Assembly (NCBI GenBank): GCA_024679065.1 | Contig: JAGIQG010000013.1 | Location: 35,030,001 to 35,094,000, forward strand | Direction: 5' to 3' | DNA from: Sphyrna mokarran | Lineage: Eukaryota | DNA length: 64,000 nucleotides | Shown: positions 1-12,041 of the stretch, piece by piece | Numbering within the stretch: position 1 is the first letter of the stretch | Layout: each line of letters opens with the position of its first letter | Notes under the pieces: generated by a model | Seen by the model: only the letters and a program-made list of their open reading frames with translations | Told to the model about the DNA's origin: nothing | Database searches by the model: none | Translations under genes and position numbers: made by a program

Positions 1-1029
1 TTACCCACTACAAGTAGGATGATTCATCTAACAGGGATAAGAGGGTACAAAACATGTGCCTTCTTGAGCGAGACCACATTAGTAGAAATAAATAATTTGT
101 ATATGCTTATGAAATTCTGTGCGTAAAAATAATGAGGGTACAATTATGGGAAATGATTTAATGAAGAAGTATGAGGTTTTGATTGATTGTGGGAAGAGAA
201 CATTAATCTGGCCAAAGAGAGACAGTTGGAAAATTAGAATATGAAAATTCACAAGTCACCTTGAAACTATCAAAGTGGCCATAGCCACCACGAGAGATTG
301 GAGATTAGAAACAGAGGGGTTTGGAATCATCTGTGCCACTGTCCCTGGAGTATGGGCTGTGACAGGATTCTGACCCAATGACAGTGAAGGACATGGTTCC
401 AAGTCAGGATGGTGAGTGACTTGGTGGGGAAATGGTGTTCCCATGTATTTGTTGTGCTATTCCATCCAGATGGTAGTGGTTGTGGGTTTGGAAGGTGTTG
501 GAAGACAACTTAGTTTTGTCACTTGCTGATATATTTCCTTGAAATCTGTTCCCTTTAGTTAGAAATTACCTTCCTTTTTGTCTAATTGTTGTTTCATTTG
601 TGATCATTGGCTGGTGAGTTATGAACTATGGATGAACAAGCTTCGTATTGAGAAATATTCTGTCCTTGTCTTATATCTAGACCCATTTTCAGCAGGAATG
701 AGTGAGTAGTAAATGGGAGTGAAAATGAAGTCCTAAGATCAACTATTGTCTTTCTAACTGTTATAATTTGAAGTGCATCCAAGACACACCAATACCTTAG
801 AAAGTTCCATTCCACGCACAAGACTGCCTTCAATTAATTCATTAATTATTAGAGTATTCTGTTATTGGCATGCAAATTGTAGTGTGATCTCCATTTAATC
901 TTTTATGAACAACTTCCCAGGTATAAGAAAAATACAACAAATATTTTAATTCGGCTGTAACTTTATTAACATTATTGATAAATATGATTGTATGAACAAG
1001 TAACATTAAAAATAATTTCAAACATAACA

Positions 1030-1343
1030 TTTATTCATGATTATTACAACACACAAGTTTAATTACTGCCAACCAAATGACTTTTATCCACAATTATTAA
1101 TATGTAATGTAACTAAATTGGTAATAAATGGATGTCTATTAATTTGTTTACTAGTTTTTTTCCTAAGTATGAAGCATTTAAGAATCATTTTAATATTCAC
1201 GTTGTATAAAATCAAAAGTACTGATTTCTTTGGTGATCATGTTGTAAAAAAGAGCATTAACAGAGATATAACAGCTTGGAAACAACTCTCCTCATTCTGG
1301 GAATGCTCTGGTGAAGACAATCATGCAAGGTTGATTCCAGTGA
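1030..1343 (-). other. Possible untranslated terminal exon of the V-J gene
   Basis: Acceptor acttatttatcctgcag| at 1344-1345; minus-strand AATAAA at 1030-1035 followed by TG-rich sequence. Confidence 0.35.
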
Positions 1344-1644
1344 CTGCAGGATAAATAAGTTAGCTGGGTAACTTTGACTGCTGAGCCATTATTTCAATAC
1401 GTATGTAGAGTTAAGATTAACTTCTCTGTTCCTGAAGGTCCAAATAATATTTTTTTGTTAATTGATCATATTAAATTTTCAGTGTAAGTACCATGTTAAT
1501 AACTTTGATTTGACTTGTTATGAGAATCATTAATGTTGTAAAACATCTCAAGCTGCTTAACAAAAAGAAAAAAGCTGGAGATCAATGGATGTTTGAGCCT
1601 GAAGAGAATCAGGGATTTAATTAAAGGATATGGATGTGTGGGGG

Positions 1645-1693
1645 TATGTGTGCATGCGTCTGTGTGCGTGTGCGTGTGCATGTGCGTGTGTGT
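1645..1693. repeat. (TG/TGCG)n microsatellite
   Basis: tgtgtgcatgcgtctgtgtgcgtgtgcgtgtgcatgtgcgtgtgtgt. Confidence 0.8.
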
Positions 1694-2110
1694 GGAAGTG
1701 AGATAGAAATTCAGCCATGATTTTCGTGAATGGTGGAGCAGAATTGATGGGGCATTAAGGCCTACTGCTACATTTATTTCTTATGTTTTTCTTATTTAGA
1801 GGGAAGAAGGGAAAATACATTGACAATTGTATTTTCAATTGGAGGACAGTTCCAAGTATACTAAGTTACTGAGGGCTTTAATTGGCTAAAATCTATTTGG
1901 ATGAGTGGAGGATAGGGGCATTGTTGAAAAGGTGCAGAACAAGAGATTCTGGCTGTCTTAAAGCTACCTCAATGACAGGGGACTGAATTTTCACTGAGGC
2001 ACACAGGAATGCAAATTTGATTTAAAAGCCTCCAAGCCATTTTCCTTGAGATGCACCTTGGGTCAGAAGGATTACCCACCATGAAGTGTTGATAACCACT
2101 TGCGGTGATT

Positions 2111-2360
2111 AAAAGTTAAAGTTATATTTAATATATTAGTCACAAGTAAGACTTACATTAACACTGCAATGAAGTTACTGTGAAATTCCCCTAGTCACCA
2201 CACTCTGACACTAATTCAAGTAACTGCGGGAGGAAACTGGAGCACCTGGACAAAGCCCACGCAGGCACGGGGAGAACAGACAGACAGTGACCCAAGCCAG
2301 GAATCAAACTTGGTCTCTAGCACTGAGAGGCAACAGTGCTAACCATTGTACCACCATGTC
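2111..2360 (-). mobile_element. tRNA-derived V-SINE (HE1-like)
   Basis: tRNA-like head, V-core and (AACTTT)n tail. Related copies at about 24700-24960(-), 25610-25850(+), 31824-32120(+) and 57755-58068(-). Confidence 0.75.
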
Positions 2361-2523
2361 AGTAATGGAGAAGGGTGGGATTTTGGCTGTAGTATCATGG
2401 TATGTCAGAAATTAGAGTTTATTTCCACCATTTCCTTAATATAAAGTAACATGAAAGAATGAAAACTGCTGAATGTATAAGGTATAATTTTGAATATAGC
2501 ATATTTACATACCTCCTTTCATT

Positions 2524-2669
2524 TTAGTAGCCGATCTCAACGATTATGAAGTAACACATGAGCAGAACAAACAGAATATAGCGGACGACTGACAGATTGT
2601 TCAGAATAATTGCGGATTCTGCAATATAATCACATTGGATAATAATTCTGTAGCTGTAACTGGAATAAT
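2524..2669 (-). CDS. Connecting-peptide/transmembrane exon of the V-J gene (TCR-alpha/delta-like)
   Basis: tttttttag|AT TAT TCC... phase 1, encodes DYSSYSYRIIIQCDYIAESAIILNNLSVVRYILFVLLMCYFIIVEIGY*. Stalk Cys, NLSV, Arg in the hydrophobic segment. Donor AG|gtatgt at 2513/2512, 11 nt after the stop. Linkage to the V exon is inferred from strand and phase only. Confidence 0.7.
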
Positions 2670-2744
2670 CTAAAAAAATTGACAATTTGTTATTAGTCCA
2701 GTTTGCAGTAGCATATTCCACTTGAATTGGGAGGGACTGCAGGT

Positions 2745-3729
2745 TACATAGATGATCTGGAGGAAGGGGCAGAGTGCAGGGTGACGAAGTTTGTTGATGA
2801 CATGAAGATGAGTGAAAAAGCAAATTGCGTGGAAGGTGTGGAAAGCCTGCACAGGGATCTGGATAGGTTGAGTGAGTAGGCGAGGACCTGGCAGATGGAG
2901 TATAATGTTAGCAAGTGTGAGGTTATCCATTTTGGTAAGAATAATGGTAGGAAGGATTACTATTTAAATGGAGAAAAGCTGCAGCATGCGACGGTGCAGA
3001 GGGACCTGGGGATCCTTGTGCACGAATCGCAAAAACACAGTCTTCAGGTACAGCAGGTGATTAAGAAGGCGAATGCAACGTTGGCCTTTATAGCTAGGGG
3101 GCTAGAATATAAAAGTAGGGAAGTTCTGTTGCAGCTGTATAGGGTGCTGGTGAGGCCGCAGTTGGAGTACTGTGTGCAGTTTTGGTCGCCGCATTCAAGG
3201 AGGGATTTATTGGCCTTGGAGGGGGTGCAGAGAAGGTTTACTAGGCTGATACCAGAGATGAGGGCGTTGGATTATGAGGAGAGACTGAATAAGCTAGGTT
3301 TGTACTCTTTGGAGTTTAGAAAGCTGAGGGGGGATCTTATAGAGATGTATAAGATAATGAAGGGGCTGGATAGGGTAGAGGTTGAGAGACTCCTCCCATT
3401 TAGCAAAGATAGCAGGACTAGAGGGCACAGCCTCAAGATTAGGGGGGGGCAGTTCAGATCGGAGTTGCGGAGGGGTTTCTTCATGCAAAGGGTGCTGAAT
3501 CTTTGGAATTCTCTGCCTGATGAGGTGATGGAGGCTTCCTCACTGAATATGTTCAAGTCAAGAGTGGATAGGTTTTTAATTGACAAGGGAATTAAGGGTT
3601 ACGGGGAGAAAGCGGGAAAGTGGTACTGAATCACTACAGATCAGCTGTGATCTTATTGAATGGCGGGGCAGGCTCAAGGGGCTGTATGGCCGACTCCTGC
3701 TCCTATTTCTTAAGTTCTTATGTTCTTAT
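2745..3729 (+). mobile_element. 5'-truncated CR1 LINE
   Basis: ORF 2895-3629 encodes the CR1 ORF2 C-terminus (KCEVIHFG, LVRPQLEYCVQFWSP, RGDLIE, WNSLP); tail TTCTTA(A/T)G repeats. Confidence 0.9.
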
Positions 3730-6534
3730 CACAAGATTACAGCTCATCACACTTTATTTATTTCCAGATATAACTCAATGAATAAATATAGACTAATAAA
3801 TAATATCCCAAATAGTAAATACACGCTCCTGATCCAAGCTTCTTCAGAAATGCGGAATGTACCTTCAATCCAAATGTTTCTTTGTCATGCTGGATTATTG
3901 GGGAAAGATGAACCATACCCCATTTTTACAGTACTAGCTGCAATATTTTGGTAAGTATTCATTAACACTGAAAATCTGGGGGACATTTAAACAATTTTCC
4001 ATTCCAAACATGTGCAGGTTAGGTGGATTGACCATGCTAAACTTCCCCTTAATGTCAGGGAGACTAGCTAGGGTAAATGCATGGGGTTGTGGGGATAGGC
4101 CATTGGTGGGATTATGGTCAGTGTAGACTCTGTGGGCCGAATGGCCTGCTCCTGCAGTGTAAGATACTATGTGCGGGATTTTCTGCCAGCACTTGCCTTT
4201 AATCCGGAGGATTAATGGACTTTTGCATGATCCTCCCATCACCTGCTATAATTCCCATGCCGGGTGGGATTGGAGAATTCCGGCCTATGATTATATGACT
4301 GTAGTATTTGAGTGCTTGAGAGAATGGGTAAATATGGAGATGGGCTGAGAGCTGTTGTAAGGGGATAGAGTGATAGTTGGGTAGGGTGGCAGAGTTGCAG
4401 GTAGACTAAGAGTTAGTTGAGGAGGGGGGCAGGTGGTTAGGGTGGTGAGATAGGGTGGTCTGGTCAGGGATGAGGTGGGGGGTGTTGGAGGCATGGAGCT
4501 GGATGCTGGGAGGGTGTGGCTTGGTTGGGTCAGAGTGGTTGTTGGTGGGGTGTTGGGACAATCAGGGGGAGTCAAGTAGTGATATTGGTTCAGGTTTGGT
4601 CAGTGGATCTAGTAGGAGGGGTGGGGGGAGTGGGGGTTGGGTATCAGGATGAGTGATTGATGAGTCTATTATGCAGTGACCCAGGAATTTGATCAGGATT
4701 TTTTGTGTCTAAATCTTCCTGAGTAACTATCAAGGTAAGCCAATTGTCAGAAGTCTGAATAGAATTCAAGAGTTAAAGACCTTTGCTGAGGACCCTGGGA
4801 GCAGAGGAATAGTTCACTAGGAACTGGGTGCCTCACTCAGTTACATTGCCCTAAAACTCAGAAATTAAACCAGTATCTTGGAAAAAAATGGCTTTTTACG
4901 TCGTGTGGGTGTTTACTTCTAGATTTGTCATTGCTGGAAGACTTAAGGTACATCTTTCTGTTAATTCCCATTAAATCTTACAAAACATGTTTTTTTAAAA
5001 TCTCCTTTGTTGTACTGATCCCATTTGAAATCTTTGATCAAAGATGTTTGGGGCTCGCAGAGGTGCTACTGAGCTAGTTTGCCGTGCTGGCCTAGGAGCG
5101 CAATGAGCTGGGAGACTCAAGCTGAAGACGCGGAGCGGATTTCCTGCTGGGTGCACGGTCTCCACCCTTCTCCGGCCACCAGATTTCCGCTGCCATCAGC
5201 TCTGTGCAGAGCTGTGTAAATTATGCTATTGAACATTAGCATAGCATTTGCGGGCCGGGACTGAAGTTTCCAGGCTCGCTTGCATCTCCCACCACTCCCC
5301 CCGCCTCCTCCAGGGTTTCATTCCAGCAGGGTTTACAACACCTCCCCACTGATGGGGAACTGTCTGTCCATGTCTGCTGGAGTGAAAGGCGGCTATGGAG
5401 GCCCCCAGGAGATCGGGATTAAGGGGAGGTGCTCCCCTTGGCCATTGTCAGCTCAGCAGTGCCAGCCTGGCCCCCTGTCCGAGAGCCAAAGTGGTAATAC
5501 CTAGGGGCATCTTGGCACAGCCCACAAACCATCCAGCAGCACCAATAGGGTGGAACCAAAGCAGGGGCAGGACGTATGGGAGAGCTGGGGCCTGTGGTGG
5601 GGGGGGGGGGGGACATCAATGGTGTTAGGTGATCCCAGTGCCATTCTGCACTCAGTGGTGACAGAGGGAAGGAGACCAGCAATGGGCATGGCCATTGGGG
5701 TGGAAGGGGAAAGGGGCTCAGTGTGGAGGGAAGGTCAGGACGGCAGAGAGGGGGAGATGCCATCAAAGCTGTGGGGATGAATGGTTGGGAGATTGTGAGT
5801 GCGGAGGTGGGAGATCCAAGCGGACCAGTAGGGTGGGGAAAGTTGGGGCTTGCCCACATACTTCTGGGAAGTCAGCGATCAGGGTATGGGTGAGGGAGGT
5901 GGTGTGGGGGAGTTGGGGGTCGCATGGCCAGCGATGCAGGGTCATGGGGCTGGCCAGCAATCAGGAGGCTGGTGTACAGAAGTATTGGACTTGCATTGAT
6001 CTTGGCACATGAGCAGTGGCTGGCAATGCTTTGCTATCAGCCTCTGCAGTGGGAATTGGCTTCTAAATGAGATTGACGCTCGGGCTCCCTGCTGTGCACA
6101 GAGTGTGGGAGATTCATTTTGAAAAGTTCCATGGAAAAAATCAGCGGGATTCAATCCCGCTGAATCAGCGGGATTCAATTGAATTGAATTCAATTTCAAT
6201 TCGATTCAATTGAAATCGAAATTTCAATTTTGAATGGAAATTCGACAATTTGAATTCTTTTGGGAGAATCTCATCCAAGAATTTGGTGTATTTCTCAGAC
6301 TGATTCAAGCAGAGTCAGGCAACACTTTCTTTAAATTTTATTTATATCTCACACCGTATCCCACACACAATTTGTTTTCTCTGGCAAACGTTTGGTAGGC
6401 TATAACTCTGTGATTTTAGTTCTGCTTTGTCCCTTCCCATTTCTAATATATCCATCATTCCCCACTTCAAAAGTTTCCATCTACTACATAACTTATGATT
6501 ATGATAGAAGTCTAAAGAGTTAATTCCTATGGGG

Positions 6535-7775
6535 AACATAGAACACTACTGCACAAACAGGCCCTTCGGCCCACAAGTTGTGCCGATCACATCTATACCT
6601 ACCAGGCCATAGAACTATCTGTAACTCCCAATCCCATTCAATCCCATGTACTCATCCAGAAGTCTCTTAAAAGACCCCAGCGAGTGTGCTTCTATCACGA
6701 CTGACAGCAGCCGATTCCATTCACTCACCACTTACCTCTAACATCTCCTCTGTACTTGCCCCCAGGCATCTTAAACCTGTGTCCTCTCATAGTGACCATT
6801 TCAGCCCTGGGAAATAGCCTCCGAGAATCCACTCTATCTATTCCTCTCAACATCTTATAGACCTCTATCAGGTCACCTCTCAACCTTCGTCTCTCCAGGG
6901 AGAAGAGACCTAGCTCCCTCAACCTACCTTCATAGGGCATGCCTCCCAATCCAGGCAACATCCTTGTAAATCTCCTCTGCACTCTCTCAATAGCTTCCAC
7001 ATCCTTCCTGTAGTGAGGCAACTAGAACTGCACACAGTACTCCAAGTGGGGTCTGACAAGGTTCTTATAAAGTTGCAGCATTACCTCCCGACACCTAAAC
7101 TCAATTCCCCTATTTTTGAAGGCCAGTACACTATATGCCTTCTTGACCACATCCTCCACTTGTGGGGCAGATTTAAGAGTCCTATGGACCCAGACCCCAA
7201 GATTCTTCTGCTCCTCAACACTGCCAAGACTCCTATCCTTAATATTGTACTGCTTCGTCCCATTGGTTTTGCCAAAATGGACCACCACACATTTATCCGC
7301 ATTGAAGTCCATCTGCCATTTCTCCACCCAGTCTTGCATCCTATCTATGTCTCGCTGCAACTTCAGACATCCCTCCAGACCATCCACAACACCACCAACC
7401 TTTGTATCGTCGGCGAACTTACTAACCCATCCCTCCACTTCCTCATCCAGGTCATTTATGAAAATGACAAACAGTAAGGGTGCTAGAACAGATCCCTGGG
7501 GCACTCCACTGGTGACTGACCTCCATACAGAAGAAGACCCATCCGTAACTACTCTCTGCCTTCTGCAGGCAAGCCAGTTCTGGATCCACAAGGCCAAAGC
7601 CCCTTGGATCCTATGCCCTCTCACCTTCTCAAGAAGTCTTGCATGCGGGACTTTATCAAATGCCTTGCTGAAATCCATGTAAACCACGTTCACTGCTCTT
7701 CCTTCATCAATGTGTTCAGTCACATTTTCGAAGAATTCAACTAGGCTCGTAAGGCACGATTTCCCCTTTACAAAG
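6535..7775 (-). mobile_element. 5'-truncated CR1 LINE with an internal deletion
   Basis: ORFs 7022-7723 ([22 protein letters not shown]) and 6725-7021; 3' UTR and tail near 6535. Confidence 0.9.
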
Positions 7776-7811
7776 GGAAATGGAAACTAAATAAAAATAT
7801 AATGCACCTAC

Positions 7812-7841
7812 CATCATAATTTTTATTCTTCCGTGTAGCAA
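7812..7841 (-). CDS. Putative 30-nt hinge microexon of the V-J gene ((V)ATRKNKNYD)
   Basis: Branch-like CTAAT, strong pyrimidine tract tttctttctctaatctcatttttacag| and donor G|gtaggt. Phase 1 to 1, in frame with both neighbouring exons. Sits in a small island between TEs. Confidence 0.55.
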
Positions 7842-7969
7842 CTGTAAAAATGAGATTAGAGAAAGAAAGTATTTAGAAACAAACTTTTAACAATAAATAT
7901 ATGATAGGTTTAATCATTGCCAGGATTTTGATTCCATTCCTGTGATAGCCACAAGTACATAAATCATGA

Positions 7970-8308
7970 CACCTCCTCCACAAACATCCTCAACAACGGT
8001 GCCCCACAAGGTTGTGTTCTCAGCCCCCTACTATACTCCTTATACATCTATGACTGTGTGGCCAAATTCCCCTCCAACTCGGGTTTCAAGTTTGCTGACA
8101 ACACCACCGTAGTGGGTCAGATCTCAAACAATGATGAGACAGAGTACAGGAATGTGGTAGAGAACCTGGTGAACTGGTGTGGCAACAGTAATCCTTCCCT
8201 CAATGTCAACAAAATGAAAGTGATTGTCATCGACTTCAGGAAGTGTAAAGGAAAACAATCCCCTGTTTACATCAATGAGGACAAAGTAAAAAGGGTCAAG
8301 AGCTTCAA
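7970..8308 (+). mobile_element. Rex1/Babar-type LINE RT fragment
   Basis: GAPQGCVLSPLLYSLY..DCVAKFPSN..KFADNTTVVGQISNNDETEYR...LNVNKMK. Confidence 0.75.
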
Positions 8309-10156
8309 TAAAGAACGTCTTTCACTAGGATACTGTAGTTGCAAATCTTTATATAAGCTAAATTTGAGCTCAATACTTAGCCTCTGAAAAAACCCATACA
8401 CTAATCCTCCTGGGTTGCCACAGCAGTTGGGAAAGGACTGCAGTATGGAACTTACAAGGGCGATCTTATGCAAAAAATTTTAAGCTCAAGATCAAATAGA
8501 GTTTCCAATCCATTTTTTGGGTGAGTCCAAATTTGTGATCTTATGTAAAAAAAATCAAAAATGTTTCTTGCCTGTAGGGGGAGGGAGTGGAGCTTAAATC
8601 GTGTGAATGCTCCTTCAGAGCAACAGATGGCTCTATTGTGCATGCTTAAGTCCCTTTGCTCTGGGAGCCTCTGCTGCGCTCAATTAGCCTCCATGCTTTT
8701 ACAGGCACCTCCCTCCCCCAGCTACTGTGGGGACCGTGATCTATTGCAACTCGCAGTAGTCAAGCCCGCCCCTCACCCTGATTGGCCTGCCCCAGTCTGG
8801 CCCCACCCCTTGGCACAGCCCAGTGCCTAGTGGGGAGTGCCAGGATGCCAGCTTGGCACTACCCGACAGATAGAACATAGAACATAGAACATTACAGCAC
8901 AGAACAGGCCCTTCGGACTTCGATGTTGCGCCGACCAATATAAAAAGCAATGACCCTCCAAACTAAACCATTCCCTTCTCTTCCATATACTTATCAACTA
9001 ACCTCTTAAACGCCACCAAACTTGGCGCATCTACAACTGCTGCAGGCAGGGCATTCCACTCCCGAACCACCCTTTGGGTAAAGAACCTGCCTCTGATATC
9101 CGTCCTATAACTATCACCCCTTAATTTAAAGCTGTGTCCCCTCGTGCTAGTTTTCTCCATCCTAGGAAAAAGGCTATCACTGTCCACCCTATCTAAACCT
9201 CTAATCATCTTATATGTTTCAATTAGGTCCCCTCTTAGCCGCCTCCTTTCTAACGAAAACAACCTCAAATCCCTCAGCCTCTCTTCATAAGACCTGCCCT
9301 CCATACCAGGCAACATCCTGGTAAACCTCCTCTGTACCCTCTCCAATGCCTCCACATCTTCTTATAATGTGGGGACCAGAACTGCACACAATACTCCAAG
9401 TGCGGCCGCACTAGAGTTTTGTACAGTTGCAACATGACTTTGCGGCTCCGAAATTCAATCCCCCTACCAATAAAAGCTAAGACTCCATATGCCTTCTTAA
9501 CAACCTTCTCGACTTGACTGCCGACTTTCAGGGATCTATGCACATACACACCAAGATCCCTCTGTTCATCAAGACTACTAAGAATCCTACCATTAGCCCT
9601 ATATTCTACACATTTATTATTCTGCCATAGTGCATAACCTCACACTTTTCCACATTAAACTCCATTTGCCACCTCTCGGCCCAGCTCTGCAACTTGTCTA
9701 AGTCCCTCTGCAAACTATATCACCCCTCTTCACTATCTACCACTCCACCGACTTTAGTGTCATCTGCAAATTTACTAATCCATCCTTCAATACCCTCATC
9801 CAGATCATTTATAAAAATTACAAACAGCAGGGGCCCCAAAACAGACCCCTGAGGTACCCCACTTGTCACCGAACTCCACAATGAATATCTCCCATCGACC
9901 ACCACCCTCTGTCTTCTATCTGCTAGCCAATTCCTAACCCAATTAGCTAAATCACCCTCTATCCCATACATCTGCATTTTCTGCAGAAGTCTTCCATGGG
10001 CCACCTTATCAAACGCCTTACTAAAGTCCATATATACCACAACCACCTTATCCCCATCCACCTCTTTGGTCACTTTTTCAAAAAACTCAATGAGGTTAGT
10101 AAGGCACGACTTACCCTTCACAAAACCATGCTGACTATCTCCAATCAATTCATTTA

Positions 10157-10950
10157 GGTGGCAAATGGAGTTTAATGTGGAAAAGTGTGAGGTAATGCAC
10201 TATGGCAGAAATAATAAATGTGTAGAGTATAGGGCAAATGGTAGGATTCTTAGTAGTCTAGATGAACAGAGGGATCTTGGTGTGTATGTGCATAGATCCC
10301 TGAAAGTAGGCAGTCAGGTCGAGAAGGTTGTTAGGAAGGCATATGGAGTCTTGGCTTTTATTGGTAGAGGGATTGAATTTCGGAGCCGCACGTCATGTTG
10401 CAACTGTACAAAACTCTAGTGCGGCCGCACTTGGAGTATTGTGTGCAGTTCTGGTCCCCACATTATAAGAAAGATGTGGAGGCATTGGAGAGGGTACAGA
10501 GGAGGTTTACCAGGATGTTGCCTGGTATGGAGGGCAGGTCTTATGAGGGAGGCTGAGGGATTTGAGGTTGTTTCGTTAGAAAGGAGGAGGCTAAGAGGGA
10601 TCTAATCGAAACATATAAGATGATTAGAGGTTAGATAGGGTGGACAGTGATAGCCTTTTTCCTAGGATGGAGAAAGCTAGCACGAGGGGACACAGCTTTA
10701 AATTAAGGGGTGATAGTTATAGGACGGATATCAGAGGTAGGTTCTTTACCCAAAGGGTGGTTCGGGAGTGGAATGCCCTGCCTGCAGCAGTTGTAGATGC
10801 ACCAAGTTTGGTGGCGTTTAAGAGGTTAGTTGATAAGTATATGGAAGAGAAGGGAATGGTTTAGTTTGGAGGGGCATTGCTTTTTATATTGGTCAGTGCA
10901 ACATCGAAGGCCGAAGGGCCTGTTCTGTGCTGTAATGTTCTATGTTCTAT
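10157..10950 (+). mobile_element. 5'-truncated CR1 of the same family, inserted antisense into the host CR1 ORF2
   Basis: Near-identical reverse complement of about 8878-9674; ends in TTCTATGTTCTAT. The host rejoins as caattc-ATTT-ctctct, with ATTT at both junctions. Confidence 0.85.
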
Positions 10951-11659
10951 TTCTCTCTAAATAACTATAAATCCTATCCCTAATAATTCTCTCCAATACT
11001 TTGCCCACAACAGAAGTAAGACTCACTGGCCTATAATTCCCTGGAAGGTCTCTCTTCACTTCTTGAACAATGGGACCATATTCGCTATCCTCCAGTCCTC
11101 CGGAACCACACCCGTAACCAACGACGACCTGAAGATCAGAGCCAGAGGCTCTGCAATTGCTCTCTTGCCTCCCAGAGAATCCTAGGGTAAATCCCGTCCG
11201 GCCCAGGGGACTTATCCAACTCACAACCCTCAAGAATATCTAGCACATCCTCCCTATCTACTTCAATACTTTCCAGTTTGCAACCCTGTACCTCAGTGTT
11301 CTCCATAACTACATTTACATCACCCTGCGTGAATACCGAAGAGAAATATTTATTCAGTGCCTCTCCAATCTCTTCAGGCTCCACGCACAACTTCCCACTG
11401 CTGTCTATGACTGGCCCTAATCTTGTCCTAACCAATCTTCTATTCTTAACATATCTAAAGAAAGCTTTAGAATTCTCCTTAATCCTATCAGCCAAAGTCT
11501 TCTCGTGTCCCCTGTTAGCTCTCCTCAATTCACTCTTTAGTGAATTGGCTAATCTATAGCTATGATGTAAAGATGCCGGCGTTGGTTTGGGGTGGTAAGA
11601 ACTCAGTAAGAATTTAGCAACACCAATTTTTAATCCAACCGATTTATTTGATAGTAAAA

Positions 11660-11696
11660 TTGCGAGCTTTCAACACTCCATGTCTTCCTCAGGCAA
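11660..11696 (-). ncRNA. Second copy of the hammerhead ribozyme in the inverted PLE arm
   Basis: Reverse complement TTGCCTGAGGAAGACATGGAGTGTTGAAAGCTCGCAA; one substitution relative to the + copy. Confidence 0.65.
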
Positions 11697-12041
11697 ATGC
11701 AGTGTTCTGGTCTGCAATAGCACACATCAGCACAGACAGTCAGAGATTGCTGATTAGAATGCGAATCCTTACATCTAACCTGCTATTCAAGTGTTAAAGT
11801 GGCTAACAATGTGTGTGAAGGGAATCCTGAGCATTGATTAGAGAATTGTGTATTTTCTCCAGACAGCACAGTAAGTGAGGTTTTTTGCTCACCTCTTTTG
11901 CTAACCTTTTGCAAATTACGGGGGTTACAGACAGTGTGTCATGAAGCCAAGATCCCTGTTAAGACCGTCCTCATGTGTGCGGAGCTTGGCTATCAGTCTC
12001 TGCTCAGCGACTCTGCGCTGTCGTGTATCACGAAAGCCCCG

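Noticed and set aside
3747-3947. Hydrophobic frame WIRSVYLLFGILFISLYLFI resembling another TM exon
   Set aside because: In-frame stop after the better acceptor and a weak alternative acceptor; AT-rich DNA readily yields such peptides.
4291-6012. Cluster of GC-rich ORFs
   Set aside because: G-rich interior of non-autonomous repeats; no domain motifs or splice structure.
11898-12041. N-terminal 48 aa of the 548-aa ORF
   Set aside because: It is the antisense reading of the element's inverted 3' arm (same peptide as ORF 13332-13535) and starts at TTG. The real PLE ORF is 5'-truncated.
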